64,000 bases of DNA from Alphaproteobacteria bacterium (GCA_965261735.1 OZ253470.1:2432001-2496000), one strand, 5' to 3'; positions 34,610-45,088 are shown, counted from the first letter of the stretch. A program made the numbers and translations. The notes: generated from the sequence alone by a model not told the origin.

Positions 34610-36118
34610 GTGGCGCTCGACGCAACCCGCAGCGACCTTCGGGTCGGCATCGTCGGTGGCGGAGCCATGGGGCGCGGCATAGCCCAGGTCGCCATCGCGG
34701 GCGGCATCGCGACGCTGATCCACGACAGTGCCCCCGGTGTCACCGAAGCGGCGCGCGACTTCATCGCACGCATGTTGCGCCGCCAGGCCGAAAAGGGGGC
34801 GATGTCCGGCGACGATGTGGAGGCGGCTTTGGCGCGGCTCGGTATCGCCGCACACCTCGACGATTTGGCCGCGTGCGACGTCGTCGTCGAGGCGGTGGTC
34901 GAGGACCTCGAGGCCAAGCGCACTCTGTTTCGTGAACTCGAACGTATCGTGGGCGCGGAGGCGGTGCTCGCGTCCAACACCTCGTCGCTCCGCATCGCCG
35001 CCATCGCCGCCGCCTGCGAGCATCGCCGCCGCGTCGCCGGCATGCACTTCTTCAATCCGGTCCCGTTGATGAAGCTGGTCGAGATCGTCAGGGCGCCCGA
35101 CACCGACCCGGCGGTGGTCGAGCAGCTCGCGGTACTCGGCCGGCGCATGGGGCGCACGGCGGTCGAGGTCGCGGACGGACCCGGCTTCCTCGTTAATCTC
35201 GGGGGGCGCGCCTTCGTCACCGAGGGCCTGCGCATCGCCCAGGAGCGCATCGCGCCACCCAGTGCCGTCGACGCCGTCATGCGCGATGCGTGGGGTTTTC
35301 GCATGGGACCCTTCGAACTCATGGACCTGACCGGTATCGACGTGAACTTCCCGGCCACCATGGCGATCTATGACGGCTACTTCCAGGAGCGGCGGATCGC
35401 CACCTCGCCACTCCACGAATCCCTGCACGCGTCGGGCCGCTTCGGGCGCAAGGCGGGGGCGGGCTACTACGCCTACGACAAGGGCGGAAGCAAGATCGCC
35501 GAGAGTCCCGACGCGCCGACCGACGCCGATCCGGCGCCGCTCGTATGCCTGGCCGAGCCCGACGATGCGCTGGCGGCGCTCGCCGATGCGGCCGGCGCCG
35601 AGATCGTTGGCGACGGGGGCACCGAGCCGATTCTCGCGGCACCGCTCGGCGAGGACTGCACCGCGCTGGCGGTGCGCGCCGGTATCGACCATCGCCGCCT
35701 CGTCGCCGTCGATTTGACGGGCGACCTCATGAAGCGCCTGACCGTGATGACGGCGCCGGGGGCCGACGCTGCGGTCCGCGCGCAAGTCGTCGCGCGCCTC
35801 GCCAACACCGGCGCGCCCGTCACCGCGATCGCCGATTCGCCGGGCTTCATCGGCCAGCGCATCGCCGCCATGGTCGCCAACCTCGGTTGCGAGATGGCGC
35901 AGCTCGGCATCGCCCGGCCCGACGACATCGACACCGCCATGAAGCTCGGGCTCAACTACCCGCTAGGCCCGCTCGAGTTGGCGCAATCCATGGGCCCGGC
36001 ACGCGTGCTGGCGATCCTCGAGCGTCTTCAGGCGATCACCGGCGACGACCGTTACCGCCCGAGCCAATGGCTACGGCGCCGGGCCATGCTCGGCCTGCCG
36101 ATCAGCGTTCCGGGCTGA
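34610..36118 (+). CDS. 3-hydroxyacyl-CoA dehydrogenase (PaaH-like, duplicated C-terminal domain)
   Basis: GGGAMGRGIA, EAVVE, ASNTSSL, GMHFFNP, MGPFELMD, GLNYPLGP motifs. Confidence 0.92.
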   Translation: MALDATRSDLRVGIVGGGAMGRGIAQVAIAGGIATLIHDSAPGVTEAARDFIARMLRRQAEKGAMSGDDVEAALARLGIAAHLDDLAACDVVVEAVVEDLEAKRTLFRELERIVGAEAVLASNTSSLRIAAIAAACEHRRRVAGMHFFNPVPLMKLVEIVRAPDTDPAVVEQLAVLGRRMGRTAVEVADGPGFLVNLGGRAFVTEGLRIAQERIAPPSAVDAVMRDAWGFRMGPFELMDLTGIDVNFPATMAIYDGYFQERRIATSPLHESLHASGRFGRKAGAGYYAYDKGGSKIAESPDAPTDADPAPLVCLAEPDDALAALADAAGAEIVGDGGTEPILAAPLGEDCTALAVRAGIDHRRLVAVDLTGDLMKRLTVMTAPGADAAVRAQVVARLANTGAPVTAIADSPGFIGQRIAAMVANLGCEMAQLGIARPDDIDTAMKLGLNYPLGPLELAQSMGPARVLAILERLQAITGDDRYRPSQWLRRRAMLGLPISVPG

Positions 36119-36959
36119 GCGAGGCGAGCTCGCGGATGTAGTTGGGGAGGGCGAAGGCCGCGCAGTGAACCTCGGGGTTGTAGTAGCCCGTGGCGAGCTC
36201 GGCCGCAGCGCAGCGCGCGGCGATCGTCTTGCGCTCGGGCTTGGCCAGCTCGAGCGCGTCGCTGGCCCAGCCGAACGCCATGGCGCCGCCGTAATAGGCG
36301 GGAACAGGTGCGAGGAAAAAGCCGCTGTGGGCGAACAGCTCGGCGAACAGCCGGTGGCATCCGACGACTTCCTCGGGCTGAAAGAACGGAACCCCCGTCT
36401 GCGCCGCGATGAGCCCCGACTCCGCCAACGCGCGGCGGCAGTTCTCGTAGAAGGGGCGCTCGAACAGCGCCGTCGCCGGGCCGATCGGATCCGGTGAATC
36501 GACGATAATGAGGTCGAAGGCGTCGGCCGCGTCGGCGACGAACTCGGCGCCATCGCCGATGACCAGCATGGTACGCGGATCCTCGAAGGCACCACCGCAA
36601 ATCCCGCCCAGATGCTCGCGGCAGACATCGACGACGTTTTGGTCGATCTCGACCATCGTCACCGCCTCGACGCCGTGCTTGAGCAGTTCCTCGAGCATGC
36701 CGCCGTCGCCGCCGCCGATGATCAGAGCGCGCGAGACGTGGCCGTGGCCGAGCGCCGGCACGTGGGTGAGCATCTCGTGATAGATGAACTCGTCGCGCTC
36801 GGTGGTCTGGACGATTCCGTCGAGCACCAGAACGCGCCCGAAATGGGCGTTCTCGAACACCTCGATGGTCTGAAAGGCGCTCTCGCCCCGGTAGATCGTC
36901 TTGCTGATTTCGAGAGCCTGCTTGGCGGAGTCGTGCAGACGCTCCCGAAACCAGGTCAC
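36102..36959 (-). CDS. speE: Polyamine aminopropyltransferase (spermidine synthase)
   Basis: LDGIVQTTERDEFIYHEM, LIIGGGDGG, VEID, DSPDPIGP motifs; GTGA overlap with speD. Confidence 0.95.
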   Translation of the reverse strand: MTWFRERLHDSAKQALEISKTIYRGESAFQTIEVFENAHFGRVLVLDGIVQTTERDEFIYHEMLTHVPALGHGHVSRALIIGGGDGGMLEELLKHGVEAVTMVEIDQNVVDVCREHLGGICGGAFEDPRTMLVIGDGAEFVADAADAFDLIIVDSPDPIGPATALFERPFYENCRRALAESGLIAAQTGVPFFQPEEVVGCHRLFAELFAHSGFFLAPVPAYYGGAMAFGWASDALELAKPERKTIAARCAAAELATGYYNPEVHCAAFALPNYIRELASLSPER

Positions 36960-37381
36960 GGGCGCAGGCCCCGCCGGTGCTTGGTGAGACGGACGTCGGT
37001 GGGGCGAAAATGGGCGCGTAAAACGGGCACCGCCTTCTCGGCATCGCACGCGCCACATACGAAGATGTCGATCGCGGCGTAGCCGGTCTCGGGCCAGGTG
37101 TGGATGCTCATGTGCGATTCGGCGAGGATGGCGACCCCGGAGACACCGCCCGTGGAGGAGTACTGGTGGAGGTCGACCTTGAGGAGCGTGGCACCCGCGG
37201 CGGCGACCGACTCGGTGAGCGCGGCCTCGATGGCGCGCACGTCGTCGAGGCCGACTCCGCCCCACATGTCGAGCAGCAGATGGGTGCCCGCGAAGCGCAC
37301 GCCATCCTCCTCGACGTAGTACGGGCTCGTCGCTTCGGCCTCGGACCAACGCGTGTCTTCAACCACAGCTTCGTGCGCCAT
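36956..37381 (-). CDS. speD: S-adenosylmethionine decarboxylase proenzyme
   Basis: AGTHLLLD and GVAILAESHMSIHTWPE self-cleavage motif, DIFVCG. Confidence 0.95.
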   Translation of the reverse strand: MAHEAVVEDTRWSEAEATSPYYVEEDGVRFAGTHLLLDMWGGVGLDDVRAIEAALTESVAAAGATLLKVDLHQYSSTGGVSGVAILAESHMSIHTWPETGYAAIDIFVCGACDAEKAVPVLRAHFRPTDVRLTKHRRGLRP

Positions 37382-37541
37382 GGCCGGCCTCCCTGCCTAT
37401 TTATGGTGACGCGCTCGGGCTGCGTTGTTTGGCGTAAAACAGCCGAAAATGCAAGACTCTTGCGCGGCCACCGGGCGCTGCCTGGAACGGCCCGCGGTGC
37501 GCCGGGCGCAGGCGCACGGGGGCACCGCCACGAGGGAGGGA

Positions 37542-39062
37542 ATGATGGCACCGCGCCCACCGACGCCGGCGAGAATCGCGGCGATGGCCTCCGAGCTCGG
37601 CCTCGCGCTCGAGCCCGCGGACATCGCCTTCTTCGGCGAGCTGATCGCCGCGAGCGTGACCCGAAGCTACGGCGCGCTCGACGCGCTGCCCGACGACATG
37701 CCGCAGGTCACGTACCCGCGCACACCCGGCTACCGCCCGGACGCGAACGAGGACCCGCTCCATGCCTGGTCCGTAAAGACGCGCATCAAGGGCGCGGCCG
37801 CGGGCAAGCTCGCGGGGCGCACCGTCGCGCTCAAGGACAATGTGTGCCTCGCCGGCGTGCCGATGATGTGCGGCGCCTCGACGCTGGAAGGCTACGTGCC
37901 CGACATCGATGCCACCATCGTCACCCGCATGCTCGACGAGGGCGCAGAGATCGCCGGCAAGGCCCATTGCGAGTACTTCTGCTTCTCGGGCAGCAGCCAC
38001 ACGAATGCGACCGGGCCGACCCACAATCCCTATCGACACGGCGTTTCCGCGGGCGGATCGTCATCGGGCTCGGCGGCGCTGGTCGCGGCCGGCGAGGTCG
38101 ATCTCGCGATCGGCGGCGATCAGGCGGGCTCGATCCGCAACCCGGCCTCCTTCTGCGGCATCTACGGCATGAAGGCGACCTGGGGGCTGGTGCCCTACAC
38201 CGGCGTGATGCCGGTCGACATCACCCTCGATCACGTCGGCCCGATGACCGCGACGACGGCCGACAACGCGCTCCTGCTCGAGGTCATTGCCGGCGCCGAC
38301 GGCCTCGACCCGCGCCAGTACGCGCCCCGCGTCGCTGCCTACACCGAGGCTTTGGGGCGCGGCGTCGAGGGCCTTAAGGTCGGCATCGTCAAGGAGGGCT
38401 TTGCCCATTCCCATTCGGAGCCGGCGGTCGATGCCAAGGTGCGCGCCGCGGCCAAGCGGCTTCGCGAGCTCGGCGCCCGAGTGGCGGACGTGTCGATCCC
38501 CATGCACACACTCGGGGTCAGCATCTGGATCCCGATCGGTATCGACGGCACGGTCGAAATGATGATGAAGGGCAACGCCTACGGCACCAACTGGCGCGGC
38601 CTCTACGTCAGGAGCCTGATGAGCGCCCACAGCCGCTGGCGCGAGCGTGCCGACGAGCTGCCCGATGGCCTCAAGCTCGGGCTCCTGACAGGCCACTACA
38701 TGCACACCGAATATGGCGGGCGTTACTACGCCAAGGCGCAGAACCTCGCGCGCAGGTTGACTGCCGCTTACGATGCGGCGCTCGCGCGCCACGACATCCT
38801 GGTGATGCCGACGGTGCCGACCAAGGCGCCGCCGCTGCCCGGGCCGGAGGCCTCGCGGATCGAGATGATGGCGCCGGGGCTCGGCAACATCACCAACGCC
38901 GCGCCCTTCAACGTGACCGGCCACCCCTCGCTGTCAGTGCCCTGCGGCATGGTCGATGGATTGCCGGTCGGCATGATGCTCACCGGCCGCCACTGGGACG
39001 AGGAGACGCTCTACCGAGCGAGCGACGCCTTCGAGCGGGGGTTCGACTGGAAGACGCTGTGA
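37542..39062 (+). CDS. Amidase-signature family protein
   Basis: LKDN, GGSSSGS, GGDQAGSIRNPA motifs. Confidence 0.93.
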   Translation: MMAPRPPTPARIAAMASELGLALEPADIAFFGELIAASVTRSYGALDALPDDMPQVTYPRTPGYRPDANEDPLHAWSVKTRIKGAAAGKLAGRTVALKDNVCLAGVPMMCGASTLEGYVPDIDATIVTRMLDEGAEIAGKAHCEYFCFSGSSHTNATGPTHNPYRHGVSAGGSSSGSAALVAAGEVDLAIGGDQAGSIRNPASFCGIYGMKATWGLVPYTGVMPVDITLDHVGPMTATTADNALLLEVIAGADGLDPRQYAPRVAAYTEALGRGVEGLKVGIVKEGFAHSHSEPAVDAKVRAAAKRLRELGARVADVSIPMHTLGVSIWIPIGIDGTVEMMMKGNAYGTNWRGLYVRSLMSAHSRWRERADELPDGLKLGLLTGHYMHTEYGGRYYAKAQNLARRLTAAYDAALARHDILVMPTVPTKAPPLPGPEASRIEMMAPGLGNITNAAPFNVTGHPSLSVPCGMVDGLPVGMMLTGRHWDEETLYRASDAFERGFDWKTL

Positions 39063-39224
39063 GGGCACACAAAACCGTGTCATCGCAGGGTCTTGCAACG
39101 GCTCGCGGCGCTCCCCATATCGCGTTTTAACGAGGTCAACAGGCGCCGCAAACAGCCGGCGCAGCGAGTGGGAAGGGGCGTTGTCCGTATGGGACCGCCA
39201 CGAGGGTTCTGGAGGAGATTGGGG

Positions 39225-39443
39225 ATGTTTAGGCGCGAGATAATGGCGGCTTGGGTTGTCGGTGGCGGTCTCTGGCTCACGGGCATGATGGGCCTGATGA
39301 TCTTGCCCGGCCCGGCCGATGCTGTTCAGCGTGCCACGGCCAACGGGCCCTCATACTTCGTCCCCACGGGGACCCTGTCGTCCTACCAGCCGCTCTCGGG
39401 CAAATACACCGTCTTCACGCGCAGCCTGCGCCCGGCCTCCTAG
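39225..39443 (+). CDS. Small hypothetical protein with N-terminal hydrophobic segment
   Basis: GGAGGAG RBS and hydrophobic N-terminus; its TAG stop is the IS630 target site. Confidence 0.45.
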   Translation: MFRREIMAAWVVGGGLWLTGMMGLMILPGPADAVQRATANGPSYFVPTGTLSSYQPLSGKYTVFTRSLRPAS

Positions 39444-40522
39444 TGGATTGATTCCAACGTTTGGAACCCTCTGTTTCGTGCGGCGATGATATGATCGGGG
39501 TCGGCTTTCCAGATGAAGGGTTTTGGGTTTGCGTCATTGTATTCGCGGACAAATCGGTTGATGGCGGCCTGAAGGTCGACGACGGATTGGAAGACGCCGT
39601 ATTTGAGCCTGCGCCGCGTTAGTTTGGCGAAGAAGCCCTCGACGGCATTGAGCCACGAGCACGAGGTTGGCGTGAAGTGGAAGGTCCAGCGTGGATGGCG
39701 GGCGAGCCAGGCGCGGACCTTGTCCTTCTTGTGCGCGGCGTAGTTGTCGAGGATGACGTGGACGGCCTTGTCCGTCGGCACCTCGCGCTCGATGCGGTTG
39801 AGGAAGCGGATGAACTCCTGATGGCGGTGGCGCTGCATGTTCTGTGCGATGACCGTACCGTCCAGCACGTTGAGCGCGGCGAACAGCGTCGTCGTGCCAT
39901 GCCGTTTGTAATCATAGGTCATCGTACCGGCGCGGCCCTTCTTCATCGGCAAGCCGGGTTGGGTGCGGTCGAGCGCCTGGATCTGTGATTTCTCATCAAC
40001 CGACAGCACCACGGCATGGGCCGGCGGATCGACATACAAGCCGACGATATCTGTGAGCTTCTCGGCGAAGGCGGGATCATTGGAGAGCTTGAAGTGCCGC
40101 CAGCGGTGCGGGCTGAGGCCATGGGCCTTCCAGATCGATTGGACCGTCGACGCCGCGACGCCAGCAACCTTCGCCATCGCGCGCAGCGTCCAGTGGGTCG
40201 CCTCGTGCGGCGGCGCTTGCTGGGTCAGGCGGACGATCTCGGCGACGCGCTCCGGCGGGATCGGCGCTTTGCCAGGCGGACGGGACCTGTCGCGAAGCAA
40301 GCCGTTGACACCCTCGTGCATGAACCGCTCCTGCCAGCGCCAGACACAGGTCTTGGACTTGCCGGTCTCGGCCATGATCGACGAGTTCCCGAGCCCCTCG
40401 TCGCTCTTCAGGATGATCCGCGCCCGCCAGACATGTTTCTGCGAGCTCTTCGGGTCCGCGACGATAGCTTGCAATCGCTGACGGTCGCCAGACGTGACAG
40501 TAAAATGGATGCCGGTGCGCAT
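39440..40522 (-). CDS. IS630-family transposase
   Basis: SVDEKSQIQAL, YKRHGTTTLFAAL, ILDNYAAHK, TPTSCSWLNAVE motifs. Confidence 0.95.
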   Translation of the reverse strand: MRTGIHFTVTSGDRQRLQAIVADPKSSQKHVWRARIILKSDEGLGNSSIMAETGKSKTCVWRWQERFMHEGVNGLLRDRSRPPGKAPIPPERVAEIVRLTQQAPPHEATHWTLRAMAKVAGVAASTVQSIWKAHGLSPHRWRHFKLSNDPAFAEKLTDIVGLYVDPPAHAVVLSVDEKSQIQALDRTQPGLPMKKGRAGTMTYDYKRHGTTTLFAALNVLDGTVIAQNMQRHRHQEFIRFLNRIEREVPTDKAVHVILDNYAAHKKDKVRAWLARHPRWTFHFTPTSCSWLNAVEGFFAKLTRRRLKYGVFQSVVDLQAAINRFVREYNDANPKPFIWKADPDHIIAARNRGFQTLESIH

Positions 40523-40593
40523 AGCACAGACTCGCATGACACCGCACAATACGGAATCTCAAATCGGACTCTTTCGTTCCGATCAATCCACTA
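39441..40593 (-). mobile_element. IS630-family element
   Basis: IRs TAGTGGATTGAT / ATCAATCCACTA; CTAG at both ends (39440-39443, 40591-40594), consistent with TA duplication. Confidence 0.93.
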
Positions 40594-40800
40594 GGACACC
40601 CCCCAGCGCCCATTATCGCCGGAGGGCCACTCGGCCCTTCGGGCGCGCCTGACATGGCGCTTGCGGCCCGCGCTTGGCGCCGCTGAGCGATCTTGCGGGT
40701 CTAGCCTTCCGTCATTCCGTAAACGATTGGGAATCCGCTTCCCGGTTCGCCTCTGACTATGGGGAAGGCGTCATCCGCGGCAACAGCTGTGCTCGGTGGA

Positions 40801-41100
40801 TCACTTTTTCATCAGGTGCCGGCCGGTGAGGTCACCCGAGAGTACGGCCACGCCAAACAAGATGAGCAAGACCGGCACGAGGGGCCACGGCACCTGGAAG
40901 AGGGTCCCTAGGCCGCCGAGCAGGAACGCGATCCCGAGAGGAATCCAAAACCTCTCGATTCTCAAGCTCATATAACCTTCGGGTTGCTGCTTCAACGAGG
41001 ATGATGACGCCGACGCCGAGCAGGCCCCATCCCCAGCCAAAGTCGGCCAGCAACGCCGACCCAGAAGAAGAAAACGCCCCAACCGGCTGCGTCTGTAATG
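40801..41100 (-). pseudogene. Multiply frameshifted small membrane protein
   Basis: Hydrophobic segments DAAGWGVFFFWVG / LADFGWGWGLLGVGVIIL / FWIPLGIAFLLGG...LVPVLLILFG lie in successive frames. Confidence 0.55.
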
Positions 41101-41185
41101 CCCCTGTTCGCCTTCCTTAGGGGCGTTTGGCGCCGTACGGCTTTGTGACGCCGCTATCGCTCGGAGCGACCGCCGCTAACGCCCC

Positions 41186-41587
41186 CTAGTCGCGCCAGGG
41201 ATCGTAGGTGCCGAAGTTCCAGATGTGGCCCTCGGAATCGCGGCAGGTATAGGCGCGCCCGCCGTGCGGCTGATCCTCGATATCGTAGAGGATCTCGGCG
41301 CCGGCGGCCTTCGCTTGCGTGCAGTGGGCGTCGGCATCGGCGATGACGACATAGGGCGCCTGCGTGACGCCGCCGGCGTCGGCGGGATGCCGGATCAGTT
41401 GGTCGTAAGCGTCTTCGCGGGCCGATCCCAGCATGATCATGCCCTTGCCGAGCACGAGCTGGGCATGGGCGATCGTATCGCCGTCCCCGGGCACGACGAG
41501 GTGGCGCTCGAACCCGAACGCCCGACACAGCCAGTCGATGGCGGCGGGCGCATCGCGGTAGCGCAGAGCCGGGATCATTGTGGCCAT
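41186..41587 (-). CDS. VOC/glyoxalase-bleomycin resistance family protein
   Basis: IPALRYRDAPAAIDWL..AFGF, HAQL, RDSEGHIWNFGTYDPW motifs. Confidence 0.9.
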   Translation of the reverse strand: MATMIPALRYRDAPAAIDWLCRAFGFERHLVVPGDGDTIAHAQLVLGKGMIMLGSAREDAYDQLIRHPADAGGVTQAPYVVIADADAHCTQAKAAGAEILYDIEDQPHGGRAYTCRDSEGHIWNFGTYDPWRD

Positions 41588-41604
41588 CGCCCGCAGCTCC
41601 GCGC

Positions 41605-42330
41605 CTAGTAGTACTGCCAGACGTTGTACATGTTGTAGTACACCTCGGCGGTGTGCAGGACCGTGAAGCGGATGCGGTCCTGGGTATAGGCGGTCGTGGC
41701 CCAGCGCGCGAAGGCGTCGGGCCCGAGGCTGCCGTGCTCCTCCTCGACGTGCGAGGCGTGCACCGCGACCGACATCAGCGCCTCGTCGCTGATGTCGTAG
41801 TTCTTCTTCAGCCCCTCGTAGACGCGGCCGAGGACGAACGGGTTGAGCCGCTCGGCGGTGAACGAGAGCGCGGCGATCGACTCGACCACCGGGCGGCAGG
41901 TCACGACGACCTCGAACCAGTGGCGCAGCGCCCAGGTCTCCGGCTTGACCTCATCGGCGGCGCGGCGCGCCTCGTCCCAGCCGAGCTCGTCGAGGAAGCG
42001 CCAGTTGAGCTGTATGTGGCCACCCGTCTGCGAGTAGGTGCCCGACAGCTCCTCGACCATGTTCTCGAAGATACCCTCGCTCAGGTGGTCGTCCTGGCAG
42101 CGTGACCACATGATCCCGTAGAGCTTGTTCGTGGGGTGCGCCCACTGCGTGATCTGGTTGCGCCAGCCGGCGATCTGATCGATCGTCGCCTCGCCGCGCT
42201 CGACGGCGAGCACGAAGGGGTGCTCGGTGCGGTCGCGCCCGGGTTGGTGGATGGCCGCGTCGAGCTCCTTGACGAACGCTTCGGTACTCAGCACCTCGCC
42301 GGTCGTTCTGAACTGGGGCATCGGCAACAT
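41605..42330 (-). CDS. Heme-oxygenase-like (TenA/PqqC/CADD) iron-containing redox enzyme
   Basis: HPF..AVERGEAT, ENMVEE...H and HASHVEEEH metal-ligand patterns. Confidence 0.75.
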   Translation of the reverse strand: MLPMPQFRTTGEVLSTEAFVKELDAAIHQPGRDRTEHPFVLAVERGEATIDQIAGWRNQITQWAHPTNKLYGIMWSRCQDDHLSEGIFENMVEELSGTYSQTGGHIQLNWRFLDELGWDEARRAADEVKPETWALRHWFEVVVTCRPVVESIAALSFTAERLNPFVLGRVYEGLKKNYDISDEALMSVAVHASHVEEEHGSLGPDAFARWATTAYTQDRIRFTVLHTAEVYYNMYNVWQYY

Positions 42331-42490
42331 GGTGGACTCCCTCGCTCACTCGCCCTCACGGGATTTTGTTCGCCATCTTACTGTGGCCCCCCGGGGTCGA
42401 ACAAGCCATCGGCCGGGGTCGCGGGTGCTTGGTGTTGGGGCCCCGAAGCGGTATGTAGGGGCAGACGCCCCTCAACCTTCGAGGTCAGCC

Positions 42491-43405
42491 ATGATCGCCT
42501 TCCCGACGCGCCGCATCGGCCACGCCAATTTCTATGTCAGCGAGCTCGTGCGGACGATGGATTTCTACATGAACGTGTGCGGCTTCGAGCAGACCGCGCG
42601 CGAGACCCACAACGGCGCCGGTTTCCTCTCGAACGGCAACACCAACCATGACCTCGGCGTCGCGGTCCGCGATCATCCGGTGGGGCTCAACCATTTCGGC
42701 TGGGAGATGGCGAGCGAGGCCGATCTGGTGGGCGCCTACAAGCGCGCCCTGAATCAAGGCGAGACCCTGCGCCACATCGACATGGGCACCGGGCGCTCGG
42801 TCTACGCCACCGACGACGACGGCTTGCTGCATCAGTTCTTTGCCAGCCAAATGCGCGATTGGCGCAAGGTCTTCACGGGCGGCGAGGTCGAGCTCCATGC
42901 CAATCCGCCGTGGGATCCGCTGGGCCAGCTGCCGAGCACCGAGGAGAAGTTCGATCTCAGCATCGACATCCGGCGCGTCGAATCGGCCCCGCTGCACCCG
43001 ATGCGCATCACCCATGCCGTGATGGTGGCGCCCGACCTCGACCGCTCGATCAGCTTCTACACCGACGTCGCCGGGCTCAGGGTGGTGGGGCGCCTCGACG
43101 ATGGCGCCGGAGCCTACCTCGCCGGCTCGGCCGCGCGCCACGACGTGGTGGTTCTGGCCGAGCGCGATTCGCTCACGCGGGGGCTGCATCACGCCGCCTT
43201 CGAAGTCTGGCCGGAGGACGATCTCGGCGCGGCGGCGAACGCGCTCGCGGGGCTCGGCGTGCCGGTCGCCCTCGAACTCGACCTGCCCTACAAGCGCAGC
43301 CTCTTCATCCACGACCCCGACGACATCCGCCTCGAGTTCTACCAGCACCGCGCGCCGCCGGCGCCGTCCGGCCTGCGCGGCGAGGCCCTGGCCGACGCGG
43401 CTTAG
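42491..43405 (+). CDS. Two-domain VOC protein (extradiol dioxygenase-like)
   Basis: RRIGHANFYV, GLNHFGWE, RITHAV, GLHHAAFE, DPDDIRLEFY motifs. Confidence 0.8.
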   Translation: MIAFPTRRIGHANFYVSELVRTMDFYMNVCGFEQTARETHNGAGFLSNGNTNHDLGVAVRDHPVGLNHFGWEMASEADLVGAYKRALNQGETLRHIDMGTGRSVYATDDDGLLHQFFASQMRDWRKVFTGGEVELHANPPWDPLGQLPSTEEKFDLSIDIRRVESAPLHPMRITHAVMVAPDLDRSISFYTDVAGLRVVGRLDDGAGAYLAGSAARHDVVVLAERDSLTRGLHHAAFEVWPEDDLGAAANALAGLGVPVALELDLPYKRSLFIHDPDDIRLEFYQHRAPPAPSGLRGEALADAA

Positions 43406-43472
43406 TATGTCGTAAGCGCCGACGGCGGCGGCGCGAGCAGCACGAGGAACGGCGTTTCTTTGGGCCCAAGGG

Positions 43473-43558
43473 ATGAAGGTTTATGGAGATCTCGCATCGG
43501 GCAACTGTTTGAAGGTCAAGTACACGGCCGATTTCCTGGGTATTCCCTACGATTGGAT
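43473..43558 (+). pseudogene. Glutathione S-transferase N-terminal fragment truncated by IS1595
   Basis: Own translation MKVYGDLASGNCLKVKYTADFLGIPYDW (GST SGNC motif) ends at the IS left end; the remainder is absent from the other flank. Confidence 0.8.
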
Positions 43559-44663
43559 CTTGCCTATCCGGTTTACACCCACACCCACTAGGGCTAGAAT
43601 GGGCGCAACCCGGATATAGGGGAGCGCGCCATGGATGTTCTCGACCGCGTCGGTCTCCCATTCCCGCATTCGCTACCCGAGTTCCAGCGACTTTTCCCCG
43701 ATGATGCGGCCTGCGCCGCCTACCTGGAGAAAGCCCGCTGGGGAGACGGCTTTGCCTGCCCGCACTGCGGCACGGCGGGAGAGCCGTTCCACTTTGAAAA
43801 CCGCCCTGGCGTCCTGCGCTGCCGCAAGTGCCGCCAGAACACCGGGCTGACGGTGGGAACAGTGATGGAGCGTAGCCACACTCCGCTGAACGTCTGGTTC
43901 TGGGCCGCTTATCTGGTCGCCAGTCAGACGCCCGGCATGTCCGCCGTGCAGTTTCAGCGGTAACTTGGTCTTTCGCGCTACGAGACGGCCTTTCAAATTC
44001 TCCACAAGCTCCGCTCGGGCATGGTGCGGCCCAACCAAGACAGGATCGGTGGACAGCCCAAGAACCATGTTGAGGTGGACGAAACCTGGGTTGGCGGGCG
44101 AACGCGTGGGGAAGGCCGTGGTGTTCACCACAAGGTTCCCGTCTCCTGTGCCATCGAGGTGCGTCATCGAAAGCCGGGCACCAAGCTCGACAACCGGAAA
44201 GACGGACGCTATGCCGGACGCGTTCGGCTCGCCGTCGTGCTCGACCGTAGCGCCGAGTCGCTCTGTGGGTTCGTCGAGAGCACCGTCGCGCCGCGATCGC
44301 TGATCGTTACTGACGATTGGAGCGGCTATGCTGGCCTCGGTAAGCGCGGCTATGAGCACTTCGCTGTTGCCGAGTGTGGTGATCCAGAGGTTGCCGAGCA
44401 ATACCTGCCGATCATCCATCTGGTTTTCGCCAACCTGAAGACGTGGCTGATCGGTATCCACCACGGCGTTAGCCACCAGCACCTACAAGCCTACCTCAAC
44501 GAGTTCACCTTCCGCTTCAACAGGCGGTTCTACCCGTTCAACGCCTTCCGCTCATTGCTCGGCATCGCGGGCGACACCTCTGCTCCAACCTATGCCGAGC
44601 TTTACTCGGGAGAGTGGCGGCACCCTACATGTAGCGGTCATGGGCGTTAACCGGATAGGAAAG
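43559..44663 (+). mobile_element. IS1595-family element, copy 3 (1105 bp), no TSD
   Basis: IRs CTTGCCTATCCGG / CCGGATAGGAAAG; flanks GATTGGAT and CGTCCTTC differ. Confidence 0.95.
43631..44650 (+). pseudogene. IS1595-family transposase with a nonsense mutation
   Basis: CAA>TAA at 43961-43963 relative to copies 1 and 2. Confidence 0.93.
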
Positions 44664-44971
44664 CGTCCTTCATGCGTCGTGCGATTTCAGTGCCATAGGC
44701 CGACAGCAGCATCCGACCAGAAGCTCTCCAGATAGTGCCGCAGGTCGTCCAACCCATCGCGCTTGATGGAATACAGACGGCGATTACCCCGTGGCTCCAT
44801 ACCGACCAATCTCGCCGACTCGAGCACCCTGAGGTGTTGCGATACGGCGGGCCTGCTTACGGGCTCGCCTTCCGCCAACTCACCCACGGTCCTGGGCTGC
44901 TCGCGCAACGCCTCGAATATGTGCCGACGGGTTGGATCTGCTAGTGCCGTAAACGCTTCTGCGTAAGCCAT
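44664..44971 (-). pseudogene. ArsR/SmtB-family regulator, 3' frameshift and IS truncation
   Basis: FTALADPTRR, VSRPAVSQHLRVL HTH. After FWSD the plausible tail LSAYGTEIARRMKD is in another frame and runs into the IS. Confidence 0.7.
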
Positions 44972-44979
44972 GACTAACC

Positions 44980-45006
44980 GTAAGCTACGACTTACTCACC
45001 TGTCAA
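44980..45006 (-). promoter_or_regulatory. arsR promoter (TTGACA -35) with palindrome GTAAG-N6-CTTAC
   Basis: Read directly; proximity to the ATG suggests a leaderless autoregulated transcript (inference). Confidence 0.55.
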
Positions 45007-45052
45007 GCAGCGGCTGGCCGCCGAAGACAACGAGGTGGCTCTGAGACAAAAA

Positions 45053-45082
45053 CATTGACCGATCGATTTAAGTATCTATATT
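45053..45082 (+). promoter_or_regulatory. tetR promoter (TTGACC-N16-TATATT) overlapping operator site 1
   Basis: CATTGACCGATCGATTTAAGT recurs inverted (19/21 identical) at 45697-45717. Confidence 0.7.
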
Positions 45083-45088
45083 GGCTTC

